A stretch of DNA of 64,000 bases, from positions 4,847-68,846 of IMG/VR virus record IMGVR_UViG_3300009873_000015; one strand, 5' to 3'. This stretch comes from a virus. The position numbers were made by a program, and so were the translations under genes. The notes under the pieces are model-generated. The model did not search any database and had not been told where the DNA came from. It saw only the letters and a list, made by a program, of their open reading frames with translations. Positions 36,152-46,466 of this stretch are shown here, in pieces; positions within the stretch are counted from its first letter, which is position 1; each line of letters opens with the position of its first letter.

Positions 36152-38959
36152 TTAAGACTTCTTTTTCTTAGCCTTAGCCTTTCTTGCCATTTGTCTCTTC
36201 AGCTCCGCAGCAGTTTTGTTTTCTTTTGCAACTGCCAGTTCTGCATCTGCCTGAATTTTAGTTTTTTGTAATTCGACAGAGTTCTTTTCCCTCTGTACCA
36301 TATTTTTATCAAAGTCAGCCTGTCTCTTCTGATTAAGCTGGTCTTCTGCAATCTGTCTTCTGTCTGTCAGTTCCTGACCTTTCAGTAGAGCGTCAAGGTT
36401 TTCTGCTGCATCCAACTCATTGTTGACATTATTATCAGATTGTAGACCACCCAATGCTCTAATTTCAGCAACTCTTTCATTAGACTGACGGTCAAGTTCA
36501 GCTTCATTAGCCTTAAATGCAAGGTCTGCTTCCTGAGCTGCCTGCTGAGCTTCAATTTGCTGCTGCTGCAGTTCAGCTTCGTGCTGTCTTTGCTGCTCTT
36601 CACGCATGATTGCTTCAAGTTCACCATCACGAATAAGCTGAAGAAGCTTAGGAACACTCTGTTCTACCAGAGCAGCAATCTTAGCTGAAGGCTTGATTTC
36701 CAATGTGTTCTCGTTCTGTAAGAATTGAGCAATTGTCTGTAGGGCTGCACGGGTATTAGCTCTTGAAGTCAAATGAATATTGTAGTGAGGGAGTAGGTTT
36801 TCCATACCCTCAATCTCCAAGAATACATTCTCATCCATCTCGTTCAGGTAAACAGCTCTCTGGCTATCTTGGAAAGTAGAGTAGTACTGAGCTGCATCCA
36901 GCATTCTTTGACGCACTCTCTGCATCAGGTTACTGTGCTGTTCAAAGTACTTTTCTGTCTGAGCTTCAGAGTAAGCAATGGCTTGGTTAATACCAGTTGC
37001 TGTCTCTGATGCTCTATTCTGTCCCAGACGGTTACGGGTAATACCTATCAACTCTCCAGCTTCCCACTTAATCTGTTGACCAAGTTGGAAGTAAAGTTGA
37101 GCTTCCTGAATTGTAGACAGAGGAAGAACCTGAGGGAGAGCTGGCTGGCCTGCTCCTTCGAGAGCATCACGGGATACTGTGTAGGTCAAGATGTCAGACT
37201 CCCTCAGCATTTCTTCATAATTGTCAATAACGTCGTTTACATTAGTAGCTGATGAAGTATTGTTTGAAGAGGCAATTCTTCTATCAAATACTACTTTGTT
37301 TCCGTAATCCTTAAGGAATTTTCCCGGAACCTTATTCATACAGATGTTGTAGATAATCTGTAAAGGCTTAATACGGTCAATAAATGAGCAAGGGTCAGTG
37401 TTCAGGTATGAGAATTCACACCCTTCAACTGGTGGTAATGAGTCAAATGGATTATTACGTCCTTTGAACTGGAACTTAACTGGTCCTCCATCTATGTAAA
37501 TGGATTCCAATGAGTTACGGTCCTGCAGCCAGAAGGTATGCTTCTGATTTGGACTGATTTTCATTACATGTCTCCATTCAGGAACCCATGTCCAGTCAAT
37601 ATGCTCACCATATATGAGATTGTCTTTTGTTTCTTCTTTTACTACAGATTTGTCGTATTCTGGTTCTATGGTAACCTTGTAGTTCTCATCCACCCAGTCT
37701 GGCTGAACACGAGAACCATCTCTATTAATCTTTGTTAACCACCCAATACGCTTCATTGACCTCCAGTAAAGTCTCATTACACGGAACATCTGAGGATGAC
37801 CTGTAACTCTTCTGCCCCAAACAGGGTTCAGAATATCCACTTCCATATTGTGGTCAAAGTTAGGATTACGTGTGTAGCTGTATGCCAGTTCCTTACCTAA
37901 TAAAGCATCATTCATCTTTGGGTCCAGCTCTGTAGCTTCTATCCAAGGCTTGGACAGGTCATAGTAGGAGCCCTGATGACTTTTCAGGTAGTCAGGAACT
38001 ATAATGTTTTGGGTTTTTACGTAAATATCACGAAGTTTGAGGATGTCCTCCTCTTTCATTCTTCTGCCGTATCTGTTAACAATATCCCCAGCAGACATGA
38101 AATCAAACCATAGAAAATAATCTCCATCACTGACATACTTAATATTTGGACCTTTGTGGTAGTTACACCATTTTGGGTTTAGTAATTCAACACGGAAGTC
38201 ATCATCCATTAAATCAAGGTGCCAGAATTCACGGTCACAAATAAGTCCACTCTCAAAGCCATCTGGCTCAAGCTCAGCAAGATTATAACGCTTTTCCTGT
38301 ACCCGAAGTACTTTCTCAGCCCATTTTACACCTGTAGTTCTGAAATTACGTGTTTTGAACTCTACATCCTGCATTTGCTGCTGGAATTGCTGCATCTGCA
38401 TTTGATATTGTTCTGGGTCTATTTCAGCAGTAATACCCATAGAAGCAAGAGCTTGCTGCTTTTCAAGAGCTGCCTGCTGCATTAGAATTTGATGGAGTTG
38501 TTCACTCTTGAATTCAAACATTTGAGCTACTGATTGGTCGTCAATAGCTTCGATAGACCATGTGTTGTCTCTTTTGATAAATTCTCCACGGAGAACATCA
38601 ATAAAGTTGGGAGCCAAAGGATAGAATTGTTCCAATGGAGACTGAGCCTCAGGTGGAACAAGCCAACCTACAGCCCTATAATAGTCATTTTCAGTCGGAT
38701 TGATAATATAATCAGATGGGTTTAACTTACCGTAACGCATCCAGTAGTTACGCTGGATTTTTCCAGCTTTACGCTCTACATTGTTCCAACCTGCAGTCTC
38801 ATAATAGTCAGCAACTGCTTTAATCCAGTCTGCTGTCTTTTCTTCCAGAGTAAGCATCTGGAATGGTAGAATATCATCTATTGCACCATTCAACAGCTTA
38901 TTTCTGTCGAGCTTAAAGCCTTTGTAGAGGTCTGAACCCCAAATTAATGTTTTTGCCAT
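36152..38959 (-). CDS. Putative portal protein (935 aa) with C-terminal charged coiled-coil extension
   Basis: Sits immediately downstream of the putative terminase. Size and C-terminal extension fit a portal. Confidence 0.4.
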   Translation of the reverse strand: MAKTLIWGSDLYKGFKLDRNKLLNGAIDDILPFQMLTLEEKTADWIKAVADYYETAGWNNVERKAGKIQRNYWMRYGKLNPSDYIINPTENDYYRAVGWLVPPEAQSPLEQFYPLAPNFIDVLRGEFIKRDNTWSIEAIDDQSVAQMFEFKSEQLHQILMQQAALEKQQALASMGITAEIDPEQYQMQMQQFQQQMQDVEFKTRNFRTTGVKWAEKVLRVQEKRYNLAELEPDGFESGLICDREFWHLDLMDDDFRVELLNPKWCNYHKGPNIKYVSDGDYFLWFDFMSAGDIVNRYGRRMKEEDILKLRDIYVKTQNIIVPDYLKSHQGSYYDLSKPWIEATELDPKMNDALLGKELAYSYTRNPNFDHNMEVDILNPVWGRRVTGHPQMFRVMRLYWRSMKRIGWLTKINRDGSRVQPDWVDENYKVTIEPEYDKSVVKEETKDNLIYGEHIDWTWVPEWRHVMKISPNQKHTFWLQDRNSLESIYIDGGPVKFQFKGRNNPFDSLPPVEGCEFSYLNTDPCSFIDRIKPLQIIYNICMNKVPGKFLKDYGNKVVFDRRIASSNNTSSATNVNDVIDNYEEMLRESDILTYTVSRDALEGAGQPALPQVLPLSTIQEAQLYFQLGQQIKWEAGELIGITRNRLGQNRASETATGINQAIAYSEAQTEKYFEQHSNLMQRVRQRMLDAAQYYSTFQDSQRAVYLNEMDENVFLEIEGMENLLPHYNIHLTSRANTRAALQTIAQFLQNENTLEIKPSAKIAALVEQSVPKLLQLIRDGELEAIMREEQQRQHEAELQQQQIEAQQAAQEADLAFKANEAELDRQSNERVAEIRALGGLQSDNNVNNELDAAENLDALLKGQELTDRRQIAEDQLNQKRQADFDKNMVQREKNSVELQKTKIQADAELAVAKENKTAAELKRQMARKAKAKKKKS

Positions 38960-38961
38960 TT

Positions 38962-41253
38962 TTATAACATTGATTGTCTTTTGCCGGGTTTTGTACGGCT
39001 GGTTAAGCTTCCAAAGCCTCCACCTAACATGTTTATACTTTTACGAGGTTTGTACCAGTCTTCTGGCTTTTTTTCCTCTACTATTTCACTACGTCTTTTA
39101 ACAAAACGGTTCTGTTGATATATCTTTGTGATGAACAATGCACCCATAAAGGAAACCAGACGGTCATAGTTACCTTTTACCTTACCTTTAACTTCTATGT
39201 ACCTAATAAACTCTTCCAGCAACCAGTAGTCATCAATACGGTCAATACCTGTAAAAGACTTTAAAAGAACTTCTTCACCATCCTTAGTAAAGGTTGTACG
39301 ACCATATTCCGTATGAAAGTACTCCTTAGCATAGGCTTTGAAATATTTCCAGATTTCAGTATTGTCACCCTTATGGAATCCAAACTTAGAATTGTTTAGG
39401 GTTGTACCATTCTTGATGTTAATATCTTTGAACATTGGTACATCCTGTTCCCGGGCCAGATATTTCTCTGCTTGCCCTATCTCCCTCATAAAATTGATGA
39501 AGTTAGGTTTGTTACGCTCAGGATATGTAAAGGCTTTATAAGCTCTGATTCCTAACCAGATTTGCATATTGGTTTCCTTGGCAGTCTTAAAACGACCACG
39601 ATAGGTTGCCACAAGCTTATCTCCTTCTATCCGAGTCTGGATTTTGCCGTTGTTATCTTTATACGTAACCTCAATGGCTGTTTTAAAGATGTCTACAGAT
39701 GCAATAGAGGCAGAAGTTGAAGTTTCATCTACTTCGATAGCATCCACACAGGCAAAATATGTGTACATTTCAGGATTCTCATCAGGTGGTTCATAGATTG
39801 TCCAACAACCACGCTTGTCTTCCCATTCAGGATTCACAGGATATTCGTGTTCCGGACCTGCAATCCTCGTATTTATTGCTGAACGTCCATCAATATCCTC
39901 ATAAAGACCCTTAATAGGCTTAAATTCCCATGAATTTGTCTTTTCTTTGAACTTAATACGTTCCTGTTGCTTTTTCAACAGTTCAATTGGGAACTCTGAA
40001 AGCTTTCTTTGAGCAAAAGCTTGTTCAGGTGAGGTACATTTCTGTGAAAGTTGAAGCTGTTTTAGCTCAGCCTTCTTGGAAGATGCACGGATTTTTTCTT
40101 CCTGACGTGCAATCCACTGCATTGCAAGCTGTACATTTGAGTGACCTTCAGAATCCATGAAGGGTTCACCTGTTTCATCATCTACACCTATCATATTATA
40201 GGCTTCACTAATGAAAATACAGCATCTTTCTGTAGCTGGAGTTACATTTTTATCCCAAATGTTCTTAACACTTAGGAATCCATAGTCTTCTGGATTGTAA
40301 AAGATTGATTTTAAACCTTCTGCATCATCCAGTTCACCCACTGAACCACAAGCTATGATAGTACCAACTGTCATAGTACCCTTTACAAGGGCAGGTCTCA
40401 TAGCTTCGATAGTCTCTAATAGAGTTGGAGATACCCCGGGTTCCTCATAATTAAAGAATGTCTGGGTACCACCTACGTCATTAAACGGAGACTGTTTGAA
40501 AGTCACACCTTTCAGGATAGATTGTAAACCATAAGGATTGTTATCCTGACCAAAAGTAACTTCATTCCATTCCAAAGCTTTTGGCAGGACAGGTCCACGC
40601 TTCCAAGCTGTGTAAGTATTAATATGTTTACGGTATCCTTCCAAGAATCTCCATGATTTCTTCACGAGCTTCTCATCAAAGGCACCAACTGTATTTACAG
40701 ATGACTCAAACCAGCTATAGCTCCAGTATAGGATAGCCATGTGCTTGTATGAGTAACCTTTTTGACGACCTTTTACACCACCTACGTGTAATCCAAGCAA
40801 GATTGCTAACATCACATAGTGCATATACCAAAGGTCTCCATCCCATACGGATGGTAATCTTTTTCTCCCTTCTACGTCCACAAAGATTGGACAAAAGTTC
40901 AGATACCAGTAGTAGAATGGAGGAACATAAATGTCATCTATGATTACTCCTTTCAGGACTTTATCTTTTTCATTTAACCAGTACTGCTTCCACGGATGGG
41001 TACCTTTTACGTGTTTTGTATAGTACCCTCCTTCAAAGTTTGATTTCCCTGACTGCTTAGCCGCAGCAGAGTACTTAAGTCCTTCAATCTGAAAGGCTTT
41101 TGCGTTCGGATATTTGTACTGGTCTAGGGATTCCTTAAACTGGTCCTTCATGTAAAGGACAAAGTCTTTTCTTGTCTGGAATTCTTTTGTACCCCATTGT
41201 TGGTTCTCCGAGTTATAAGTTTGGATTTTTAATGGAAATTCAAAATGGTTCAT
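38962..41253 (-). CDS. Putative terminase large subunit (763 aa)
   Basis: First gene of the head block, immediately upstream of the portal candidate. Confidence 0.35.
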   Translation of the reverse strand: MNHFEFPLKIQTYNSENQQWGTKEFQTRKDFVLYMKDQFKESLDQYKYPNAKAFQIEGLKYSAAAKQSGKSNFEGGYYTKHVKGTHPWKQYWLNEKDKVLKGVIIDDIYVPPFYYWYLNFCPIFVDVEGRKRLPSVWDGDLWYMHYVMLAILLGLHVGGVKGRQKGYSYKHMAILYWSYSWFESSVNTVGAFDEKLVKKSWRFLEGYRKHINTYTAWKRGPVLPKALEWNEVTFGQDNNPYGLQSILKGVTFKQSPFNDVGGTQTFFNYEEPGVSPTLLETIEAMRPALVKGTMTVGTIIACGSVGELDDAEGLKSIFYNPEDYGFLSVKNIWDKNVTPATERCCIFISEAYNMIGVDDETGEPFMDSEGHSNVQLAMQWIARQEEKIRASSKKAELKQLQLSQKCTSPEQAFAQRKLSEFPIELLKKQQERIKFKEKTNSWEFKPIKGLYEDIDGRSAINTRIAGPEHEYPVNPEWEDKRGCWTIYEPPDENPEMYTYFACVDAIEVDETSTSASIASVDIFKTAIEVTYKDNNGKIQTRIEGDKLVATYRGRFKTAKETNMQIWLGIRAYKAFTYPERNKPNFINFMREIGQAEKYLAREQDVPMFKDINIKNGTTLNNSKFGFHKGDNTEIWKYFKAYAKEYFHTEYGRTTFTKDGEEVLLKSFTGIDRIDDYWLLEEFIRYIEVKGKVKGNYDRLVSFMGALFITKIYQQNRFVKRRSEIVEEKKPEDWYKPRKSINMLGGGFGSLTSRTKPGKRQSML

Positions 41254-41255
41254 GG

Positions 41256-41762
41256 TTAGTATTCTCCAAGCTCGTTAGAACCCTTCATTTTTGTTCTAAC
41301 TTCTTCATCTGCCAGTTTACGCAGATTAGATGCGGACAGGGATAACTTTTCGAACTTATCTGTAATTTTAAACCTGTTCTCCATCTCTTCACCTCCTGTA
41401 GGAGTATCACGTAGGTACTTTACCCAGCGTCTTACCTCTTCTTCAAGTTCATCAGCAGCTTCTGTCTGAGGTGAAGTCCAAAGTGATTGAAGACGTTCAA
41501 CTGCTGGCCCAATTAACTCACATGTTTCATCAAAGTCTCCAAGAGTTTCTTTTACATCAAAAAGTGCAGCCTCAGCTCTATCCTCTTTTGCCATGAAATT
41601 ATAGGGAGTATCTGGATAACTAAGCATGTAGACATAACCCATGTAGGGTTCACATTGAATATCTCCATACTTTTTTATGATAGCATGAGTCTCGGGAAGC
41701 ATATATGCTTCTGCCGTCAGCTTTATACGTCCGTCTTCGTAGATAAGGATTCTTGGTAACAT
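41256..41762 (-). CDS. Hypothetical protein (168 aa)
   Basis: ORF. Confidence 0.4.
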   Translation of the reverse strand: MLPRILIYEDGRIKLTAEAYMLPETHAIIKKYGDIQCEPYMGYVYMLSYPDTPYNFMAKEDRAEAALFDVKETLGDFDETCELIGPAVERLQSLWTSPQTEAADELEEEVRRWVKYLRDTPTGGEEMENRFKITDKFEKLSLSASNLRKLADEEVRTKMKGSNELGEY

Positions 41763-41980
41763 TGGTTTTTATCAGGAGGTTGGTATTTTGGGTCGTACTC
41801 CTTAAGGATGACCTGAATGTTCAGGTCTATGATATATTTTTCAAGTGAGCAACTTAAATGCTTTTTCAGGTCTTGAATTATCTGCTCCTTCATTTCAGTA
41901 TCAGGATGATACTTATAGGTCTGTTCTGAGATTAAACGTTTCTCAGGTACTTTCTGACCTATAAAAACTATTGTGCTCAT
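41723..41980 (-). CDS. Hypothetical protein (85 aa)
   Basis: ORF. Confidence 0.35.
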   Translation of the reverse strand: MSTIVFIGQKVPEKRLISEQTYKYHPDTEMKEQIIQDLKKHLSCSLEKYIIDLNIQVILKEYDPKYQPPDKNQCYQESLSTKTDV

Positions 41981-42783
41981 ACTTTAACTTTTAGAGTGGC
42001 GAGCATAGCTTCTACTTCTTTTTTACGGTAGGGCAACTTTATCTGCTCAATTTTTTTAACAATGGGTTTTTCATTCTTCAAAATAGGCAGGTTGTCATTA
42101 TCCGGGTCACGCTCCAGTTGAACATGCTCGATAATAATGTCTCCCGGTTTTAACATACCTCTGTTGGATTTCCAAAGAAGATACATGTAAAGAGACATCT
42201 TTATTGAGTAGATATTGGCATTACAGTCATCCAGATGAGATAGAGGACCAAGAAGTTTTGCTGGCTCTACCCATTTTGAACTGAAGGCTTTAAATTTGAT
42301 TTCAGCATCAGTTTTGTAATCCCAGACATTGATTTTCTTATCTGCTACAATCACTTTATCTGACTGACCACAAATCATGTAGTCCATGTTATATATCATC
42401 AGTTCAGGGTATACTGTATTGTTTTCCAACTTGTTAATTGGAATACTGTACTTCAGACCCCCGGAGTACTCACATTGCTTCGTTCCACATGAAACCCCAT
42501 AAAATACAGGATTCTTCTGTGCAAGAAGCTCTTCTTCACGAATTGTATGGTATGCAGTTCCTATCTGGGCAGCCAAATCTCTCTTACGCTCCCATTTTGC
42601 AAGAATTTCCTCTGCAGTTGTTGGTTCTCCGGCCTTGGTCTGTTTAGCTGCTACCTTTTTGGCTACAGCCTTCCAGTCTACCTTTGGCTTAAATCTTTCG
42701 GTGAAGGCTGATACAGAGATTAACTCTCTATCATCCTCTGTTAAATATTGGTGAGTTTGTTCAATGAACTTTACTTTAGGCAT
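41977..42783 (-). CDS. PD-(D/E)XK-family nuclease-like protein (268 aa)
   Basis: Motif region CGQSDKVIVADKKINVWDYKTD gives a D...D-x-K arrangement. Confidence 0.35.
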   Translation of the reverse strand: MPKVKFIEQTHQYLTEDDRELISVSAFTERFKPKVDWKAVAKKVAAKQTKAGEPTTAEEILAKWERKRDLAAQIGTAYHTIREEELLAQKNPVFYGVSCGTKQCEYSGGLKYSIPINKLENNTVYPELMIYNMDYMICGQSDKVIVADKKINVWDYKTDAEIKFKAFSSKWVEPAKLLGPLSHLDDCNANIYSIKMSLYMYLLWKSNRGMLKPGDIIIEHVQLERDPDNDNLPILKNEKPIVKKIEQIKLPYRKKEVEAMLATLKVKV

Positions 42784-43123
42784 ATACGTCTGCTGTGAAT
42801 TCGAGCTTTAATATCATGTCTCCATTGTAACGCACACTAATGTGCTTTGTCTGGACACCAGTTCTGCCCGGTGTGAATATTACATTGACAATACTTTCTT
42901 CATCAGGTTGAAGTATAGCCTTTGGTGTACTTGCTTTGGTACATGAGCCACAACCCACAACCAGTTTAGTAATTTCCAGAGGGTTCGTCCCCTGATTTTT
43001 TAGGGGAAAATTGAACCCAGTCGCTTTCCCGAACTTCAATTTTCCTAAGTTCTTTGTTGGTTCCTTCGTAGTCAGCATTGTTCTGTTTGATTTTCTTGTA
43101 AATCTTACCTCCACCATAGTCAT
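42776..43123 (-). CDS. DUF1573-like beta-sandwich protein (CGSCT motif); overlaps the upstream ORF, so a fusion by frameshift is possible
   Basis: GFNFPLKNQGTNPLEITKLVVGCGSCTKA resembles the Bacteroidetes DUF1573 signature. Confidence 0.4.
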   Translation of the reverse strand: MTMVEVRFTRKSNRTMLTTKEPTKNLGKLKFGKATGFNFPLKNQGTNPLEITKLVVGCGSCTKASTPKAILQPDEESIVNVIFTPGRTGVQTKHISVRYNGDMILKLEFTADVYA

Positions 43124-43550
43124 ACAGAATATCTGCAGAGTTCTGATTTGTGGATAAAAAGATGTTCATACCATGAAGTGCCCATTTTTCAGACTCCAGA
43201 GCACGAGATATAGATTTGGAATCACCTTTTACCATGAAGTCATTGATTGAGACAATCAATCTCTCCATACGTTCCATTTGCTCCCTTAGTAAGAACTCGT
43301 ACTTCGGGACAAATGACCTTTTAGCCTTTTCCCTCTTTACTTTCTCATCAAACTCTTTTAGTTTATTCTCAATGTCCTTTTTCTGTTTCTCAAGCTCATC
43401 TTTTTCAGCTTTTAACTCTCTTTTGACCTGAGCCTCCAGAAATTGGTCATCGTTTGTTACGTCCTTGAAAATATCAGCATCTTCTCGGAGTCTTATTGGT
43501 TTTGTCATATGAACAGTTGTATATTGTTGGTTTTCTTGAATTCCTTCCAC
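42966..43550 (-). CDS. Coiled-coil protein (194 aa); its 3' end overlaps the DUF1573-like ORF by 158 nt
   Basis: K/E-rich heptad-like segment. Confidence 0.4.
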   Translation of the reverse strand: MEGIQENQQYTTVHMTKPIRLREDADIFKDVTNDDQFLEAQVKRELKAEKDELEKQKKDIENKLKEFDEKVKREKAKRSFVPKYEFLLREQMERMERLIVSINDFMVKGDSKSISRALESEKWALHGMNIFLSTNQNSADILYDYGGGKIYKKIKQNNADYEGTNKELRKIEVRESDWVQFSPKKSGDEPSGNY

Positions 43551-43852
43551 TGTTTCCTACCCATCATTTCAGGGTAACAGAAGGGTTCATTTTCACAGCC
43601 CATATCTGCCGTAGTCTTAGGTACTATTTCACATCCGCACTGAATACAGTGTCCCTGTTTCCAACATTCCGGACTCATAAGGGCTACCTGCCCTCTTCTC
43701 CAGATAATCTGCTCACGAATGTGTTTAGGAGTTGGAAGAATAGCTCTGAACCAGCTTTGAATAACTGCCCAGATATGTCTAAGGTCCAGTTTAGCTGGAT
43801 TTAAAGCGTTCGTCTTCCCCCTTATCAGGTTCCAGTAATACTTGAGTTTCAT
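43505..43852 (-). CDS. Cys-rich small protein (115 aa)
   Basis: HCIQCGCEIVPKTTADMGCENEPFC. Confidence 0.35.
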   Translation of the reverse strand: MKLKYYWNLIRGKTNALNPAKLDLRHIWAVIQSWFRAILPTPKHIREQIIWRRGQVALMSPECWKQGHCIQCGCEIVPKTTADMGCENEPFCYPEMMGRKQWKEFKKTNNIQLFI

Positions 43853-44429
43853 TTCTTTTCTTTCTGATTTCTTGTTTCAGACTCATATACCTCTCATATT
43901 CCTTTAACCTTTCCTGAAAATTCAGGTACTGAAGATGTTTCTCCTTGTATATATTATAGGATACGTCTGAGGTAAAATCCTCTCTGGTTTTCACTTTTGC
44001 CCTATCTGTCCACTCATTTACTACAATTTCAAGCCTCTTCTTCCTCAAATGCCAAGAACCAATGCCTTTTAACTTGAGAATCAATGAAGTAGGATTTTTC
44101 AATAGCCGAGCTGTCTCCTTAAAAATAAAGGACCCTATGTCATTATATATCTGCTCACTCCTACCTGTCTCTGCAGCAAGCATCTTATAAATATCAAGAT
44201 GATTAGTTTGCATGAGAAATAGTATGTTGAAGTAGCAGTCTGTCAAATTCAATAGGTGGTATATACTTTGGACTGACTGATAATGAAGTATTTCTGGGCT
44301 TTTCAAATACTCCCAGATTTGTGTACTTGGATAGAGTGTTACGAATTGACTGCTTGCTCTTCTTGTATTTCTTCTCCAAGCACAGGTCAAAGAATTCGTC
44401 CTGCCGTTGGGAGTTATTATAACCCCCAA
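43791..44429 (-). CDS. Hypothetical protein (probable start at MQTNHLD, about 44213)
   Basis: ORF. Confidence 0.35.
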   Translation of the reverse strand: MGVIITPNGRTNSLTCAWRRNTRRASSQFVTLYPSTQIWEYLKSPEILHYQSVQSIYHLLNLTDCYFNILFLMQTNHLDIYKMLAAETGRSEQIYNDIGSFIFKETARLLKNPTSLILKLKGIGSWHLRKKRLEIVVNEWTDRAKVKTREDFTSDVSYNIYKEKHLQYLNFQERLKEYERYMSLKQEIRKKRNETQVLLEPDKGEDERFKSS

Positions 44430-44583
44430 AGCAGTACAATTCTATGACAATATCCATGTCATTCTCGTATGGGGGAATCCCATATTGGAGAAACTTCAGG
44501 TACAAATGTACCCTCAGAACATCCCTCTTGTCAGGTAAGAGTACCTTGTCTAAGAATGACTTGATTATCATGTTGGTTTTCAA
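44203..44583 (-). CDS. Hypothetical protein (126 aa)
   Basis: ORF. Promoter-like TTTG, 20-nt spacer, TATATTCT upstream. Confidence 0.35.
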   Translation of the reverse strand: MKTNMIIKSFLDKVLLPDKRDVLRVHLYLKFLQYGIPPYENDMDIVIELYCFGGYNNSQRQDEFFDLCLEKKYKKSKQSIRNTLSKYTNLGVFEKPRNTSLSVSPKYIPPIEFDRLLLQHTISHAN

Positions 44584-44643
44584 TATAAGAGAATATACAA
44601 AATAAAAATTAATTCTCCAAATTTATTTTTGGAGAATAATTTA

Positions 44644-44883
44644 TTAGGTTAAATTAACTTTAACAGTTAATCCCATGAGGTCAGCCTTGTTTTCCAGCAT
44701 CACACAAAGGTCCCTTAATCTCATGATTGGGATACCTACATCTGCAATCATAGTCTGATTCCATTCTATATGATGCTTACCCTCTCCACGGATTGTGAAA
44801 TCCTGAAAAATCTCAGGGCAAATAGAGGCTGGTTGGTCAAGAATCCTTGCTACCAGTTGCTCCCTGTAATCCTGTTCCATCAA
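44644..44883 (-). CDS. Hypothetical protein (79 aa)
   Basis: ORF. Confidence 0.35.
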   Translation of the reverse strand: MMEQDYREQLVARILDQPASICPEIFQDFTIRGEGKHHIEWNQTMIADVGIPIMRLRDLCVMLENKADLMGLTVKVNLT

Positions 44884-45151
44884 TTAATGCTTTAATTTGT
44901 CTGAGATGACCAAGGTTGACGTTTACGTCCCATTCAAGGTCATTCTCATTTAAAAATATTTCAGTCAGGGGGTGCCCCTTCACAGCGGACTCCAGAGCTG
45001 CCCATTCCTGATTAAAAGGTGTATTGGAAGATAATCCTATGCGGATTTTCTTGTCATGGTCAATATAGGTAAACTGTTTGGACATTCCGTCAATGTCCGT
45101 ATATCGGCCATTATGATTTCCAACCCAGTCACTTTTCTTGTCCAGTGCCAT
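44837..45151 (-). CDS. Hypothetical protein (104 aa)
   Basis: ORF. Confidence 0.35.
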   Translation of the reverse strand: MALDKKSDWVGNHNGRYTDIDGMSKQFTYIDHDKKIRIGLSSNTPFNQEWAALESAVKGHPLTEIFLNENDLEWDVNVNLGHLRQIKALIDGTGLQGATGSKDS

Positions 45152-45462
45152 TAGTTAGCCTCCTCCAATTTAATTTCTCCTGCAGGGTCTGCAGCGTTTT
45201 GTTTCTCAATTTCTGCTGCGAGGTTCTTTTTGAACTCCTCAAATGCAATTCTTTCTTCTTCAAGACGCTTTTCTGCTCTTTCCTTGTACTCTTTGTACAG
45301 AGGTTCCAGCTTTTCAGACTCCAGTGCATAATACATTTTTTCGTAATATGCCTTCCAGCTACGTGCTGAAAGTTCCTGTTCAATTACTTTGGCTCTCATA
45401 TCAGCCATTGCAGGAGTATCTACATCATTGATTCCATTTACTTTTTTGCCTTGTTTTTGCAT
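45151..45462 (-). CDS. Hypothetical coiled-coil protein (103 aa)
   Basis: ORF. Confidence 0.35.
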   Translation of the reverse strand: MQKQGKKVNGINDVDTPAMADMRAKVIEQELSARSWKAYYEKMYYALESEKLEPLYKEYKERAEKRLEEERIAFEEFKKNLAAEIEKQNAADPAGEIKLEEAN

Positions 45463-45472
45463 ATGTTTGTTT

Positions 45473-46021
45473 TTATTTCCAGTTTGGATTATCTAAATTC
45501 TCCCAGTGAAAAGCAAGTTCTCTGTGGGTTTCATCATACTCCTCAACGTAAAAGTCAGGAGTTAATAAGTTATTCTTTTCTTTGTAGAGAGTAGCAAATC
45601 TGTACTGTTCATTCTCCATTTTTCCCCTTACCATAGCTTTAACCCTTGTGAGGTTTGAAGTAGAGGAATCAAGAGAAGTAAACAGGTAGTTGTCATAGGA
45701 TGTAACATACTTCCGCACCCAGTCAGTTAAATACCTTATGTATCCCTTGTACACCTTCTCGTCACTATCCCATACCTGAGCCATGTTAGGGTATGACATT
45801 GGAAGATTTACAATCTCAAAAAGCTCATGCTTATTAAGTGTTGAAAGGGCATGATTTAAGGATTGACAGAGACGTGAGGAATATTCCGGAAAACAATTAA
45901 CGATTATCATGTCAGATTTTACCCAACCTGACAATTTGATTATCTCTACCAACTTCTTGGTATCAATTGTTTCCTTCTCAAGTGTTATCAACTTATATTT
46001 ATTCTTCAGATTTTCCCCCAT
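45473..46021 (-). CDS. Hypothetical protein (182 aa)
   Basis: ORF. Confidence 0.4.
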   Translation of the reverse strand: MGENLKNKYKLITLEKETIDTKKLVEIIKLSGWVKSDMIIVNCFPEYSSRLCQSLNHALSTLNKHELFEIVNLPMSYPNMAQVWDSDEKVYKGYIRYLTDWVRKYVTSYDNYLFTSLDSSTSNLTRVKAMVRGKMENEQYRFATLYKEKNNLLTPDFYVEEYDETHRELAFHWENLDNPNWK

Positions 46022-46448
46022 CTTCCATTTGTTTTTTGAACTGCTCCGGTGTTAAAGCCATAATTCTTACCTCTGGTTTCTTTTCTCTCAGAGGAGGGTG
46101 AGCTACCTCATAGGCTTCAGCAAATTTCTTAAGTTCTTTCTTGAACTTACCTTTAGACCAAGGCACAAGAAGTTGACCAGCATGTAAGAATCTCACTATA
46201 CATGCATCAAATTTTCCATGAAGTGCTTGCTCAAGGGATTCTTTGGAAGGTAACCACCTGTCTTCAATTCCTATGAAGTCCCAGTAGGGATACTCAGCCT
46301 CTCCAAATACAATATCATAGTCTTCTTCTTCTTCTTCGTCAGCCTTTTTGAGACCAAGAAGCTCATCCTGTTCTTTATTTTTAATTTTGCGTTCCTCATT
46401 GTCCCCGTCAATCATAACAATAGGGAATATAAATAACTCATCAAGCAT
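45999..46448 (-). CDS. Hypothetical acidic protein (149 aa)
   Basis: ORF. Good promoter upstream at 46467-46498. Confidence 0.4.
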   Translation of the reverse strand: MLDELFIFPIVMIDGDNEERKIKNKEQDELLGLKKADEEEEEDYDIVFGEAEYPYWDFIGIEDRWLPSKESLEQALHGKFDACIVRFLHAGQLLVPWSKGKFKKELKKFAEAYEVAHPPLREKKPEVRIMALTPEQFKKQMEDGGKSEE

Positions 46449-46466
46449 GTGTTATGTTGTTTTAGC

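Noticed and set aside
45129-45383. ORF 45129-45383 overlapping 45151-45462 in another frame
   Set aside because: It is largely contained within the longer neighbouring ORF and is Lys/Arg-rich low complexity, so it is probably spurious.
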